Source: Halorutilales archaeon Cl-col2-1 (GTDB lineage: Archaea; Halobacteriota; Halobacteria; Halobacteriales; Afararchaeaceae). Taken from it: 64,000 nt of DNA. The stretch covers positions 1,536,001-1,600,000 of the forward strand of contig CP169074.1 in assembly GCA_041891055.1 (NCBI GenBank). Reading direction: 5' to 3'. Numbering within the stretch: position 1 is the stretch's first letter; the number at the start of each line of letters is the position of its first letter. The position numbers and the translations under genes are program-made. The notes under the pieces were generated by a model. It did no database searches and was not told the DNA's origin. It saw only the letters and a program-made list of their open reading frames with translations. Below are positions 55,030 through 64,000 of this stretch, piece by piece.

Positions 55030-56673
55030 GTGTTACGTTTCTACTGGAGATTCGTCAGGGTCGTCTTTCAGTTTCTGCCTCTCGCATTCGAGTATCTGCG
55101 TGATCGCCGTCGGTACATACTCTTCGGTGGGTCGAGAGAGGTCACTCCCGAGATGCAGAGACAGAGGGCGCGGCGTCTCGTCGACTCATTTATCACTCTT
55201 GGACCCGCCTACATAAAGGTCGGACAGATCCTCTCGACCCGTCCCGACATAGTCCCGATGGAGTACATAGATGTACTCACGGATCTCCAGGACACCGTCC
55301 CGCCCGCTCCCTACGACGACGTCCGACACGTCGTCGAGGAAGATCTGGGTGATCCCCATGGGGTCTTCGACGAGTTCGACGAGGAAGCTATCTCGGGAGC
55401 CTCGCTCGGACAGGTACATACCGCGGAGTACAATGGCGAGGAGGTCGCCGTCAAGGTCAGACGCCCCAACGTAGAGGAGATAGTCAGCACTGATCTCCGC
55501 GTAATGGGAACCCTTCTGCCTCTCATAAAGCCGTTCGTCTCGGAGGCACGCGCCTACTCGTTACAGAACATGGCTGACGAGTTCTCACGCATTATACACG
55601 AGGAGATGGACTACGAGAGGGAAGCAGAGATGCTGACCGAGATTAGGTCGAACTTCTCCGAGAACTCCGAGGTCGTTATACCCGAGGTCTACGATGAAGT
55701 ATCGACCGACCGCGTCCTAACCTTGGAGTACGTCGGGGGACCCAAGATCACCGACGTCGACCAACTCGAAGCGATGGGTGTCGACCCGTCACGTGTCGCG
55801 CGTGACTTAGAGAAGACCTACCTCAAGATGGCACTCGTCGACGGTGTCTTCCACGGCGACCCACATCCCGGCAACCTCGCGGTCGACGACGACGGACGTA
55901 TAGTAGTCTATGACTTCGGGATGAGTGGACGTATTGACCCGGCGATGCAGTCGAAGATAGTCGACTTTTATATCTCAGTCGCCGACAGGGATGCCCCGGG
56001 GATAGTCAACTCCCTCATAGCCCTTGGGACACTCGATCCCGACGTCAACAAGGAGACGATGATAAACGTCGTCGAACTCGTCATAAAGGATCTCGAAGGT
56101 GAGGAGATCGACGAGTGGCGCGTACAGGAGATAATCGGCGAGGTCGAAGGGACGATGTACGAGTTCCCGTTCCGTCTCCCGCCCGACATGGCACTCCTGA
56201 TGAGGGTCGCCACGGTCGTTGAGGGTGTCTGTCTTCAGCTAGATCCCGACTTCAACTTCATAGACGTAGCGAGCGAGTTCCTGACCGAGCAGGGATTCCG
56301 GGAGGAGGGAGTGAAACGGTTCGCCGACGAAGTCAGGAACGACCTCGAAGACACCCTCCGTGCGACCGTCAATACCCCCGTTAAGCTCGAAAACGCGCTC
56401 GACAAGATAGAGAGGAACTCCCTCGAAGTACGGACGGATCTGAGGGACTCGGCGGGTCATTTCGAGAGCCTCGGGAGACGTCTCTCGCTGTCGATACTCA
56501 CAGGGGCGTCTATAATCGGCGGAGCTATACTCTCGACAGTCGATCTACTCTACGGCGGTCTGATGTTCGTCCTGAGCGCGGTCTTCCTGTTCCTTCTCGT
56601 GCTGTCTTTCAGAAAGACGAAGGGACTCTCGGCGAAGCCCCAGTTCACGAGACAGGAGATGCGGAAGAAGTAG
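55030..56673 (+). CDS. ABC1/UbiB/AarF atypical kinase
   Basis: LGPAYIKVGQILSTRPD, ASLGQVH, VAVKV, FHGDPHPGN, DFG. Confidence 0.95.
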   Translation: MLRFYWRFVRVVFQFLPLAFEYLRDRRRYILFGGSREVTPEMQRQRARRLVDSFITLGPAYIKVGQILSTRPDIVPMEYIDVLTDLQDTVPPAPYDDVRHVVEEDLGDPHGVFDEFDEEAISGASLGQVHTAEYNGEEVAVKVRRPNVEEIVSTDLRVMGTLLPLIKPFVSEARAYSLQNMADEFSRIIHEEMDYEREAEMLTEIRSNFSENSEVVIPEVYDEVSTDRVLTLEYVGGPKITDVDQLEAMGVDPSRVARDLEKTYLKMALVDGVFHGDPHPGNLAVDDDGRIVVYDFGMSGRIDPAMQSKIVDFYISVADRDAPGIVNSLIALGTLDPDVNKETMINVVELVIKDLEGEEIDEWRVQEIIGEVEGTMYEFPFRLPPDMALLMRVATVVEGVCLQLDPDFNFIDVASEFLTEQGFREEGVKRFADEVRNDLEDTLRATVNTPVKLENALDKIERNSLEVRTDLRDSAGHFESLGRRLSLSILTGASIIGGAILSTVDLLYGGLMFVLSAVFLFLLVLSFRKTKGLSAKPQFTRQEMRKK

Positions 56674-57393
56674 TTAGTACTCGGTACCTCTCCTCGCGGG
56701 TATGCCTGCGTCGAAGGGATGCTTTACCTTCTTGACGTTCGTGACTAAGTCGGCGGTCTCCTCTATATCTTCGAGACGGTCGTGGCTCCCTGTCAGGACA
56801 GCCTCGACTCCCTGAGCGCGTGACTTCACGACGTCTATCACGTCCTTCTCCGATACGAGCCCCTTCGAGACCGCATACAGCACCTCGTCGAGTATCACCA
56901 TGTCGTAATTACCTTCACTCAGGTCTTCCTCGACCTCCTCGAGAGCTAGCCTCGCCGCCCTCTCGTGGCTCTCTTTCTCCGAGGTGTCCGCCCCCGAGAC
57001 CCAGCCGTACTCCCCTGACCTCTCGACGTCGATCTCGGATATCTGTCTCAGGACGTCTATCTCTCCAGGCTCGTCGTCGGAGCCGTGTCCTGGAGCCTTA
57101 CCCTTCATGAACTGGAGAAGTAAGACGTCGTAGCCTTGTCCCGCTGCCCTTACCGCCATTCCCAGAGCGGCGGTCGTCTTCCCCTTGCCGTCTCCCCACC
57201 ACATCTCGACTAATCCGAGTCCGTTCTCCTCCTCTATCTGTCTGTACCTCTCGCGTCTCTCCTCCGAGACTCCGGGCCATCTCTCGTCTTCCTTATCTCC
57301 CTCTGCGCTTCTGTCTGTCTGTGTCTCCGTCTCTGTCTGAGAACTCGTATTAGTATTAGTTTCACTCGTCATCTCTGTCTTCACTCGGGACAC
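56674..57393 (-). CDS. cobO: Cob(I)alamin adenosyltransferase (BtuR/CobO type)
   Basis: GDGKGKTTAALG, QFMK, ILDE, KHPF...RRGTEY; start uncertain. Confidence 0.92.
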   Translation of the reverse strand: MSRVKTEMTSETNTNTSSQTETETQTDRSAEGDKEDERWPGVSEERRERYRQIEEENGLGLVEMWWGDGKGKTTAALGMAVRAAGQGYDVLLLQFMKGKAPGHGSDDEPGEIDVLRQISEIDVERSGEYGWVSGADTSEKESHERAARLALEEVEEDLSEGNYDMVILDEVLYAVSKGLVSEKDVIDVVKSRAQGVEAVLTGSHDRLEDIEETADLVTNVKKVKHPFDAGIPARRGTEY

Positions 57394-57451
57394 GGTACGT
57401 ATCCCGTCTTAATTCACGCTTCGGCTTCGTCTTCAGCTTCAGTTTCGGACG

Positions 57452-58042
57452 TTACCTCTTGAACCATCTCTTCTTCCAGACTACGTACGCCGCCGCGGCG
57501 ATAACACCGAACCCTATGGTCAGGACACCGAAGCTTCCCTCTATGAAGCCGAGTATCTCCTCGCCGTAGAGACTCAGGAGTACCGCGACTCCTATGAAAC
57601 GTGCTCCCCTCGAAACCACCGAGACCAAGATGAAGCCTCTGAGATCCATCCTGAATGCCCCCGACGACAGTGTGAAGACCTTGTAGGGGATTGGCGACAG
57701 ACCCGCTATTCCGACTGCGGCGACGCCGTACTCGTCGTAGTAGTCCTCGACTAACTCCATCTTCTCGTCGTCGACTGTGGCTTCCAAGAGAGGTCTGCCA
57801 CCTTTGTAGCCGGCGTAGTAGCCGAAGACTGCGCCCGCTACGGAGCCGATCGTCGTCACGACGCCGTAGAATACCGCAGACTCGGGCGAGGCGACTGCGA
57901 GGGGTATGAGGACGACATCGGGAGGAATAGGGAAGAATGACGACTCTATGAACGCGAGGACGAAGAGACCCAGAGCGCCGAACGAGACGAATATCTCACG
58001 CGACGCCTCGACTATCTGTGAGACGGATTCGGGAAGTACCAT
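57452..58042 (-). CDS. YqaA/DedA (VTT) membrane protein
   Basis: ESSFFPIPPD, SPIPYKVFT, SRGARF. Confidence 0.92.
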   Translation of the reverse strand: MVLPESVSQIVEASREIFVSFGALGLFVLAFIESSFFPIPPDVVLIPLAVASPESAVFYGVVTTIGSVAGAVFGYYAGYKGGRPLLEATVDDEKMELVEDYYDEYGVAAVGIAGLSPIPYKVFTLSSGAFRMDLRGFILVSVVSRGARFIGVAVLLSLYGEEILGFIEGSFGVLTIGFGVIAAAAYVVWKKRWFKR

Positions 58043-58045
58043 TGC

Positions 58046-59785
58046 CTATCTGTGGCTGAAGACCGCCGTGACGACGGGCTCTGTCTCCTCTATCCTCGCG
58101 AATCCGACGCGTTCGAACTGGACTACCTCGTCCTTCTCCTCAGCCGCTCCTTTCTCGACGACTCCCTCTTCCTCTCCGTCTGGTGTCAGAAGACGTCCCT
58201 CGCGTCCGGCGTCGGGGGTGAGCCAGTGGACAACGTCGACCCCCTCGTCTCTCACGAGAGACAGGTCGTCGCCTATCCCGCGTAGCTTGAGCGGATCTTC
58301 GGAGACTACCTCGACGTTGTAAAGATCCTTGAGACGGAGTCTGTCTCCGACTTCGAGATCCTCGGTGTCGTTAGGCTCTAAGACGACGGTGCCGTCGACG
58401 TCTATCTCTCTCACTCCGCGGTCTTCGTCGGGATGGAGCGACGGCGTCGCAGTCGTCGGCTCTGCGTCCTCGATCTCGACCTCGACGGGGTCACGTACGA
58501 AGAAGTACCTGTTGGCGGTGTCGTCTACTATCTTCCTGTTCTCGGAGTAGACGTGATCCATGCTGAAGTCGATGTCCGACTCGCTCACACCCAGGTCGAG
58601 TAGCGACTGTCTCAGAGCCTCGGGCTGTATGCCTCTCCTTCTGAGCGCTCGAACCGTCGGCACTCGCGGGTCGTCCCACGAGTCGTACTCTCCCTTCTCG
58701 ACCGCCTCGACGAGTGACGAGGTCGAGAGTGTACCGTACTCGTCTATAGAGATACGTCCCCAGTGAACCGTTTCGGGGTACTCCCAGCCGAAGTAGTCGT
58801 AGACGAAGCTCTGTCTCCCCTCGGAGCTTCTGAGATCCTTCCCGCGTATGATATGTGTGACACCGAGAAGATGGTCATCTATTCCCGACTGGAAGTCGAG
58901 CATGGGCCAGACGGCGTAACGGTCGCCCACCACGGGATGCGGAGTCTTGACGACACGGAAGGCGACCCAGTCTCTCAGAGCGGGGTTCTTGTGTTCTATC
59001 TCGGTCTTGACCCTTAGGACAGCTTCGCCCTCGTCGTAGCCGCCGTCGACCATCTTCTCCCACTCCTCGATGTTCTCCTCGACCGACCTACCGCGGTGGG
59101 GACACGCCTCTCCCGAGTTCTTGAGGTCGCTGAACTTCTCCTGTTCGCAGTGGCAGACGTAAGCGCCTCCCTTCTCTATTAGTTCTTCGGCGTAGTCGTA
59201 GTAGGTACTCACGCGGTCGCTCGCCCTGTAGACCTCGTCGACTTCCATTCCGAGCCAAGAGGCGTCCTCCTCGTACCAGTCGTAGGCGTCGGTCAGGGGA
59301 CGTTTGTTGACGGGGTCTGTGTCGTCGAACCTGAGTATGAGCTTTCCTCCGTACTCGTCGACGTACTCGTCGTTGACGACCATTCCCCTCGCGCTTCCGA
59401 GAGTCGGGGGACCGTTGGGGTTCGGAGCGAACCGCATCACGACCTCGTCGCCCTCGTCGACATTCGGCAGGTCGGGCAGACCTTCGTCCTCCTCCGACTC
59501 CTCCTCTAACTCGTCTATGAGCTCGGGTGCTATCTCTTCGAGACGTTCGTGTCTCTCGTCGTCTGAGAGAGAGTTGACCCCGGCGACGACCTTGCCTATC
59601 TCTCCTGCTATCTCGTCGCCCTTCTGTCTCAGGTCGGGATGCTCTCCCATCAGCTTCCCCATCACGGCACCTGTCTCGGCGTCGCTCTCGTACTTGACGG
59701 CGTTCTGGAGAGCGTACTTCCTCGCGAGTTCGTCTACGTCTATGTCTATGTCTACGTCTGCGTCAGCGTCTCCTTCTTCGGACAT
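58046..59785 (-). CDS. gltX: Glutamate--tRNA ligase (archaeal type)
   Basis: RFAPNPNGP, RFDDTDP, THIIRGKD, WDDPR, QFERVGF. Confidence 0.96.
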   Translation of the reverse strand: MSEEGDADADVDIDIDVDELARKYALQNAVKYESDAETGAVMGKLMGEHPDLRQKGDEIAGEIGKVVAGVNSLSDDERHERLEEIAPELIDELEEESEEDEGLPDLPNVDEGDEVVMRFAPNPNGPPTLGSARGMVVNDEYVDEYGGKLILRFDDTDPVNKRPLTDAYDWYEEDASWLGMEVDEVYRASDRVSTYYDYAEELIEKGGAYVCHCEQEKFSDLKNSGEACPHRGRSVEENIEEWEKMVDGGYDEGEAVLRVKTEIEHKNPALRDWVAFRVVKTPHPVVGDRYAVWPMLDFQSGIDDHLLGVTHIIRGKDLRSSEGRQSFVYDYFGWEYPETVHWGRISIDEYGTLSTSSLVEAVEKGEYDSWDDPRVPTVRALRRRGIQPEALRQSLLDLGVSESDIDFSMDHVYSENRKIVDDTANRYFFVRDPVEVEIEDAEPTTATPSLHPDEDRGVREIDVDGTVVLEPNDTEDLEVGDRLRLKDLYNVEVVSEDPLKLRGIGDDLSLVRDEGVDVVHWLTPDAGREGRLLTPDGEEEGVVEKGAAEEKDEVVQFERVGFARIEETEPVVTAVFSHR

Positions 59786-59787
59786 AC

Positions 59788-60774
59788 TTAGTGTTCCCTC
59801 TCGACTACGAAGTCGGAGAGACGCAGAAGTATATCCTTCGCCTCCGACTCGGGGAGTCCTTCGAGACTCTCCTTCGCGTCGTCTATGAGCTCGTCGGCTC
59901 TCTGCCTCGCGTACTCTATGCTTCCCGCCCCTTCTATCTCGTCTATCTTGTCACGTATCTCCTCACGCGTGGCGTCGTCGTCGAGGCTCGTGTCGACCCC
60001 GTTCCTCCTCGCGTGTATATTTATGAGGGTCTGTTTGTCCTCGACGAGGTCACTTGCGTGTGTCTTACCTATCTCGTCGGTCGATCCCGTGATGTCTAAG
60101 ACATCGTCCTGTATCTGGAACGCCTTCCCCATCTTGATGCCTGCGTCGTACATCGCCTCGACAGTCTCGTCGTCGGCGTCTGCGACGACCGCGCCTATTC
60201 CCGCCGCCGCTCCGAAGAGGACTGCTGTCTTCTTCTCGACCATCTCCATGTACTCGTCCTCTCCGACTTCGTCAGACCTCTCGAACTCGATGTCAAGTGC
60301 CTGTCCCTCACAGACACCCGTACACGACTCCGCGAGAACCTTCATCATGTAGTTGAGATCCTCGGGATCGACGTCGGCTTTGAGCATGACCTCGAACGCC
60401 TTCGAGTAGAGTGTGTCCCCCGCGAGTATAGCTGTCGGCTCGTCCCACTCGACGTGGACACTCGGGACGCCCCTCCTGAGGTCGTCGTCGTCCATTATGT
60501 CGTCGTGTATGAGTGTGAACGAATGTATCGTCTCTATAGAGACTGCGGCGGGAACAGTCTTCTCGGGGTTGTCCTCTCCGAGAGCCTCCGCAGTCAGAAG
60601 CAGGAGAGCAGGACGGAGACGTTTACCCCCCGCTCTCAGTAGATACAGCGACGCCTCATAGAGACTCTTGGGCTCATCCTCGGGGAGGTACTCGTCGAAC
60701 GACTCGTTGACGGTCTCCGCCCTCTTCTGTATCTCCGACCTCACGTCGACAGTGCTCTTCGACACCCCGCTCAC
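59788..60774 (-). CDS. idsA: Geranylgeranyl diphosphate synthase
   Basis: GGKRLRP, IHDDIMD..LRRG, GQALD, FQIQDD. Confidence 0.95.
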   Translation of the reverse strand: MSGVSKSTVDVRSEIQKRAETVNESFDEYLPEDEPKSLYEASLYLLRAGGKRLRPALLLLTAEALGEDNPEKTVPAAVSIETIHSFTLIHDDIMDDDDLRRGVPSVHVEWDEPTAILAGDTLYSKAFEVMLKADVDPEDLNYMMKVLAESCTGVCEGQALDIEFERSDEVGEDEYMEMVEKKTAVLFGAAAGIGAVVADADDETVEAMYDAGIKMGKAFQIQDDVLDITGSTDEIGKTHASDLVEDKQTLINIHARRNGVDTSLDDDATREEIRDKIDEIEGAGSIEYARQRADELIDDAKESLEGLPESEAKDILLRLSDFVVEREH

Positions 60775-62120
60775 CTCGTGAGAAGAGTCTGGTCTCCGTT
60801 TCTGAGCATATGGGCGTCGCGTCCCATCTCGTAGCCGAGATCCTCGACCATGTCTATGTACTTGCTCCTCTCCGACATGCTCTGGTGTCCGGGTATGACG
60901 TGTTTGGGATCGAGCCAGTCGAGTAGGTCGTAATGTTCCTCACGTCCCATGTGTCCCGAGACGTGGATGTCGGTGTATATACGCGCGCCCTGTGACTTGA
61001 GTAGCTTCTCCGCCTGGTGTCTCTGTCCCTCGTTGATCGGCGAGGGTATCACTCGTGCACTGTAGAGAACCCTGTCGCCCTCCTCGATCTCGTACGGCGT
61101 CTCGTCTCTCGCCATACGTGTCAGCATAGCGCGGGGCTCTCCCTGGTGTCCCGTGACTATCGGAAGGTAGTCTCCCTTTCCTTCCTCCATCACGCGTTTC
61201 ATCGCTCTGTCTATGCTTCTCCTGTGTCCGAACATACCGACGTCCTCGAAGTCGGCTATGTCCATCCTCTCGGCGATGTTCGAGTACTTCTCCATGCTCC
61301 TTCCGAGGAGTATAGGACGTCTTCCTATGTCCTGTGAGAACTCTATGAGGCTCTTGATCCTTGCTATGTGTGACGCGAAGGTCGTAGCGACTATGCCTCC
61401 GTCGTAGTCCTCCATCGAGTACATTATGTCACGGAGCATCTCACGTGCGATCTTCTCGCTCGGAGTCCTGCCGTTGCCGTCCCCGGATATGTTGGTACAG
61501 TCAGGTATTAATCCGAGGACTCCGTTGCCCTCTCTACCTATCTCCTTGAAACGCTCCTTGTCTATGGGGTCTCCGACGACGGGAGTGTAGTCCATCCTCA
61601 TGTCGAGACCGTAGACAACAGCACCCTCGGGTGTGTGTACGACGGGGGTCACAGCCTGTGGTATCGAGTGCTGTGTGTTGACGAACTCGACAGAGACATT
61701 CGGCGAGATCTGGAAGACCTCCCCCGTCTTCATCTCCCTTATCTCGTTCGTGAAGCCGAACTTCTTCTCTCCCTTGACCTGGTTCTTAACGAGCTGTGCC
61801 GTGAACGGAGTCGCCACTATGGGTGCCTCGTATCTGTGAGCGAGCTTGGGTATCGCACCTATGTGGTCGAGATGTCCGTGTGTAGGTATTATAGCCTTCA
61901 CGTCTCCCTCGACGTCGCTCATCACCCTGTCGTCGGGTATCGCACCCAGCTCTATGAGGTCGAGCGAGTGCATCGTCTCTGTCTCGACGTTGTCGTGCAT
62001 CACGACCTTGCCGACGTCGAGTCCCATGTCGAACACTATGACGTCGTCACCAACCCTAACGGCTGTCATCTGACCCTCAACTCCCTCGTATCCTCCGACC
62101 GCTGTTATTTCAACTTCCAT
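60771..62120 (-). CDS. rnj: Ribonuclease J (beta-CASP)
   Basis: [25 protein letters not shown]. Confidence 0.95.
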   Translation of the reverse strand: MEVEITAVGGYEGVEGQMTAVRVGDDVIVFDMGLDVGKVVMHDNVETETMHSLDLIELGAIPDDRVMSDVEGDVKAIIPTHGHLDHIGAIPKLAHRYEAPIVATPFTAQLVKNQVKGEKKFGFTNEIREMKTGEVFQISPNVSVEFVNTQHSIPQAVTPVVHTPEGAVVYGLDMRMDYTPVVGDPIDKERFKEIGREGNGVLGLIPDCTNISGDGNGRTPSEKIAREMLRDIMYSMEDYDGGIVATTFASHIARIKSLIEFSQDIGRRPILLGRSMEKYSNIAERMDIADFEDVGMFGHRRSIDRAMKRVMEEGKGDYLPIVTGHQGEPRAMLTRMARDETPYEIEEGDRVLYSARVIPSPINEGQRHQAEKLLKSQGARIYTDIHVSGHMGREEHYDLLDWLDPKHVIPGHQSMSERSKYIDMVEDLGYEMGRDAHMLRNGDQTLLTR

Positions 62121-62174
62121 GTATTTTCACCTTTTTAAGTTAAGACTAAAGCAGTTTGGCTCTGATAGGCTTAG

Positions 62175-63239
62175 TTAAGTATCAAAGCCCATCTGAGTTA
62201 AATATTCGTGTGTCTTACCAGTAGTAACTGTTTCTACTCTCCTAAGTTCATCGATATCCTCCGCCCCCGTCACGAACATAGCAGTCCGTAGCCCCTCCGT
62301 AACTTCTTTGACCGCTTTCACCGCCTCTTGCTTGCCTTTTGCGGCGGGTTTCAGGAACGGACTCGCGAGCCCTCCTCCGACTCCTCCGAGTGCTACCGCC
62401 TTAGCGACATCGAGTCCCGAACGGACGCCTCCGCTCGCGACGACCCTCGGATGCTCTTCGCTCGCAGCTACCGTACTTACTGCGGTGGGTATTCCCCAGT
62501 TCCTGAAGAGGTTTCCGAGCTTCTCACCCATTTCGTCTCCGACCGCCGCCGCTCTGTGGGACTCGACTCCTGACCACGTCGTTCCGCCCTTTCCAGCGAC
62601 GTCTACGACGTCGACTCCCGCGTCTTTGAGGCGTCTCGCTGTCGACCGGGATATACCGTTGCCCGTCTCCTTGGCTATCACGGGGACGCTGAGTTCGTCA
62701 CAGATCTTCTCTATCTCACTCAGGCAGCCCTCGGCTTGTGTGTCTCCCTCGGGCTGTACTGCCTCCTGTAGGAAGTTGAGATGTATCGCCATCGCGTCGG
62801 CGTCTATCATATCGACCGCCTCCTCGACGTCCTCAACCCCGTACTCGTGAAGCTGGGGCGCGCCTATGTTTCCGTAGATGAAGGCGTCGGGAGCGGCGTC
62901 CCTCACGACCTCGAACGACTCTCTCTGGCTCTTGTCTTCGAGCCCTGCCCTCTGACTTCCGACACCCATCGCGACTCCGGCTTCCTGGGCGGCGTGGGCG
63001 AGGGATCTGTTTATCTCCGTCGCGCTCGGATGCCCTCCCGTCATGCTCTCTATGAAGACGGGCGAGTCGAGGTCGTGTCCTAAGAACTCGACCGACGTGT
63101 CTACGTCGCCGAGGTCGACTTCGGGAAGCGCCTCGTGTACGAGGTCGACCTCCCCGAATCCCGTCCCCGACGTCTCGACGTCCTCCTCGTTTACTATACG
63201 TATGTGGTCGTCCTTTCTCTCTGAAGCTCCGGGTGTCAT
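62175..63239 (-). CDS. fni: Type 2 isopentenyl-diphosphate isomerase
   Basis: RKDDHI, SMTGG, GVGSQR, HLNFLQE, KETGNG, WGIPT. Confidence 0.96.
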   Translation of the reverse strand: MTPGASERKDDHIRIVNEEDVETSGTGFGEVDLVHEALPEVDLGDVDTSVEFLGHDLDSPVFIESMTGGHPSATEINRSLAHAAQEAGVAMGVGSQRAGLEDKSQRESFEVVRDAAPDAFIYGNIGAPQLHEYGVEDVEEAVDMIDADAMAIHLNFLQEAVQPEGDTQAEGCLSEIEKICDELSVPVIAKETGNGISRSTARRLKDAGVDVVDVAGKGGTTWSGVESHRAAAVGDEMGEKLGNLFRNWGIPTAVSTVAASEEHPRVVASGGVRSGLDVAKAVALGGVGGGLASPFLKPAAKGKQEAVKAVKEVTEGLRTAMFVTGAEDIDELRRVETVTTGKTHEYLTQMGFDT

Positions 63240-63964
63240 TCTGATCTCTTTATTAATGTTCCAACGTCCCCACCGGATAAAAAACCGCGTAGTTCGTCAC
63301 GTCCGAAGACGTAGCCTCCGGATTTGAGCCGGAGTATCTCCTCGACCTTGTTTCTTATGCCGCCCGTGACGTCTGTGGCGTCATCGTCGAAGACATCGAC
63401 CTCGGAGACGTCGGTGACTCTGTCGACTACTTCTCCGTCGGAGTCGAGTACTCCGCCTGCTGACGTACACATTCCGAGCCTGCCGTCGAAGACGCGCGAT
63501 ACCTCGACAGAGAGGGCGTCGCCCGAGACGACCGAGACTCCTCTTCCCTTCTCGACGGTACAGTCGCCGTGTAGGACGGGTGTGAAACCCTCGTCCAAGA
63601 GGCTCTCTATCTGGTCGGTCATCATACTCAGACCGTTTTCGTCCCTACGGGTACACGAGAAGGGATGTACAGAGACGGCGTCGACGCCGCCCTCTATAAG
63701 AGACCCGACCAGCTTCGAGTTGAGACGTGAGACAGCCGAGTGGGTCTCGTGTACACCCCGCGCGTCGTGTGTTCCCTGCTTGAGTCCTCCTCTCTCGGCT
63801 TGGGGATGTCCGAAAGACCCCGCGCCGTGGACGAGGATGAGATTATGGGGATCGGAGTCCGCCTCCGAGACTGCGTCGACGACATCCTCGAACGCCTCGT
63901 CGTCGAGGCTCTCCTCTTCCGACTTGTGCGTCAGGACGCTTCCGCCTATCTTTAGAACAGTCAC
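63236..63964 (-). CDS. ipk: Isopentenyl phosphate kinase
   Basis: [29 protein letters not shown]. Confidence 0.93.
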   Translation of the reverse strand: MTVLKIGGSVLTHKSEEESLDDEAFEDVVDAVSEADSDPHNLILVHGAGSFGHPQAERGGLKQGTHDARGVHETHSAVSRLNSKLVGSLIEGGVDAVSVHPFSCTRRDENGLSMMTDQIESLLDEGFTPVLHGDCTVEKGRGVSVVSGDALSVEVSRVFDGRLGMCTSAGGVLDSDGEVVDRVTDVSEVDVFDDDATDVTGGIRNKVEEILRLKSGGYVFGRDELRGFLSGGDVGTLIKRSE

Positions 63965-64000
63965 TCGCGTCTCACTCCGTCGCTGACTGTCACCTCGAAG
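63961..64000 (-). CDS. 3' end of an upstream gene, probably mevalonate kinase
   Basis: [12 protein letters not shown] overlaps the ipk start (GTGA). Identity inferred from the usual mvk-ipk gene order only. Confidence 0.45.
   Translation of the reverse strand, partial: FEVTVSDGVRRE

Overview
A housekeeping-rich chromosomal window from an extremely halophilic archaeon (very acidic proteins, high GC, halobacterial rRNA operon). Several ancestral, Methanomicrobia-like traits suggest a deep-branching lineage (inference): GluRS has TLGS in place of HIGH, fni sits in the mvk-ipk-fni-rnj-idsA-gltX cluster, and the 16S is divergent. The window holds a complete rRNA operon (16S, tRNA-Ala, 23S, 5S), tRNA-Leu(TAA), tRNA-Ile2(CAT), an intron-containing tRNA-Trp, the S10/spc ribosomal superoperon, rpl1-rpl10-rpl12, and many metabolic genes. 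I saw no CRISPR array, transposase or provirus. Best leads: (1) a 20-codon upstream ORF between a candidate L1-operator hairpin and rpl1, overlapping rpl1 via TAATG; (2) a stand-alone protein with an RNxxxH (HEPN-like) motif between mtnA and a class II aldolase; (3) a SAP/Rho-N-like helical domain fused to the C-terminus of uS3; (4) a chemotaxis transducer with mosaic codon usage; (5) an Mch with altered conserved motifs. All calls are by eye, with no database searches.
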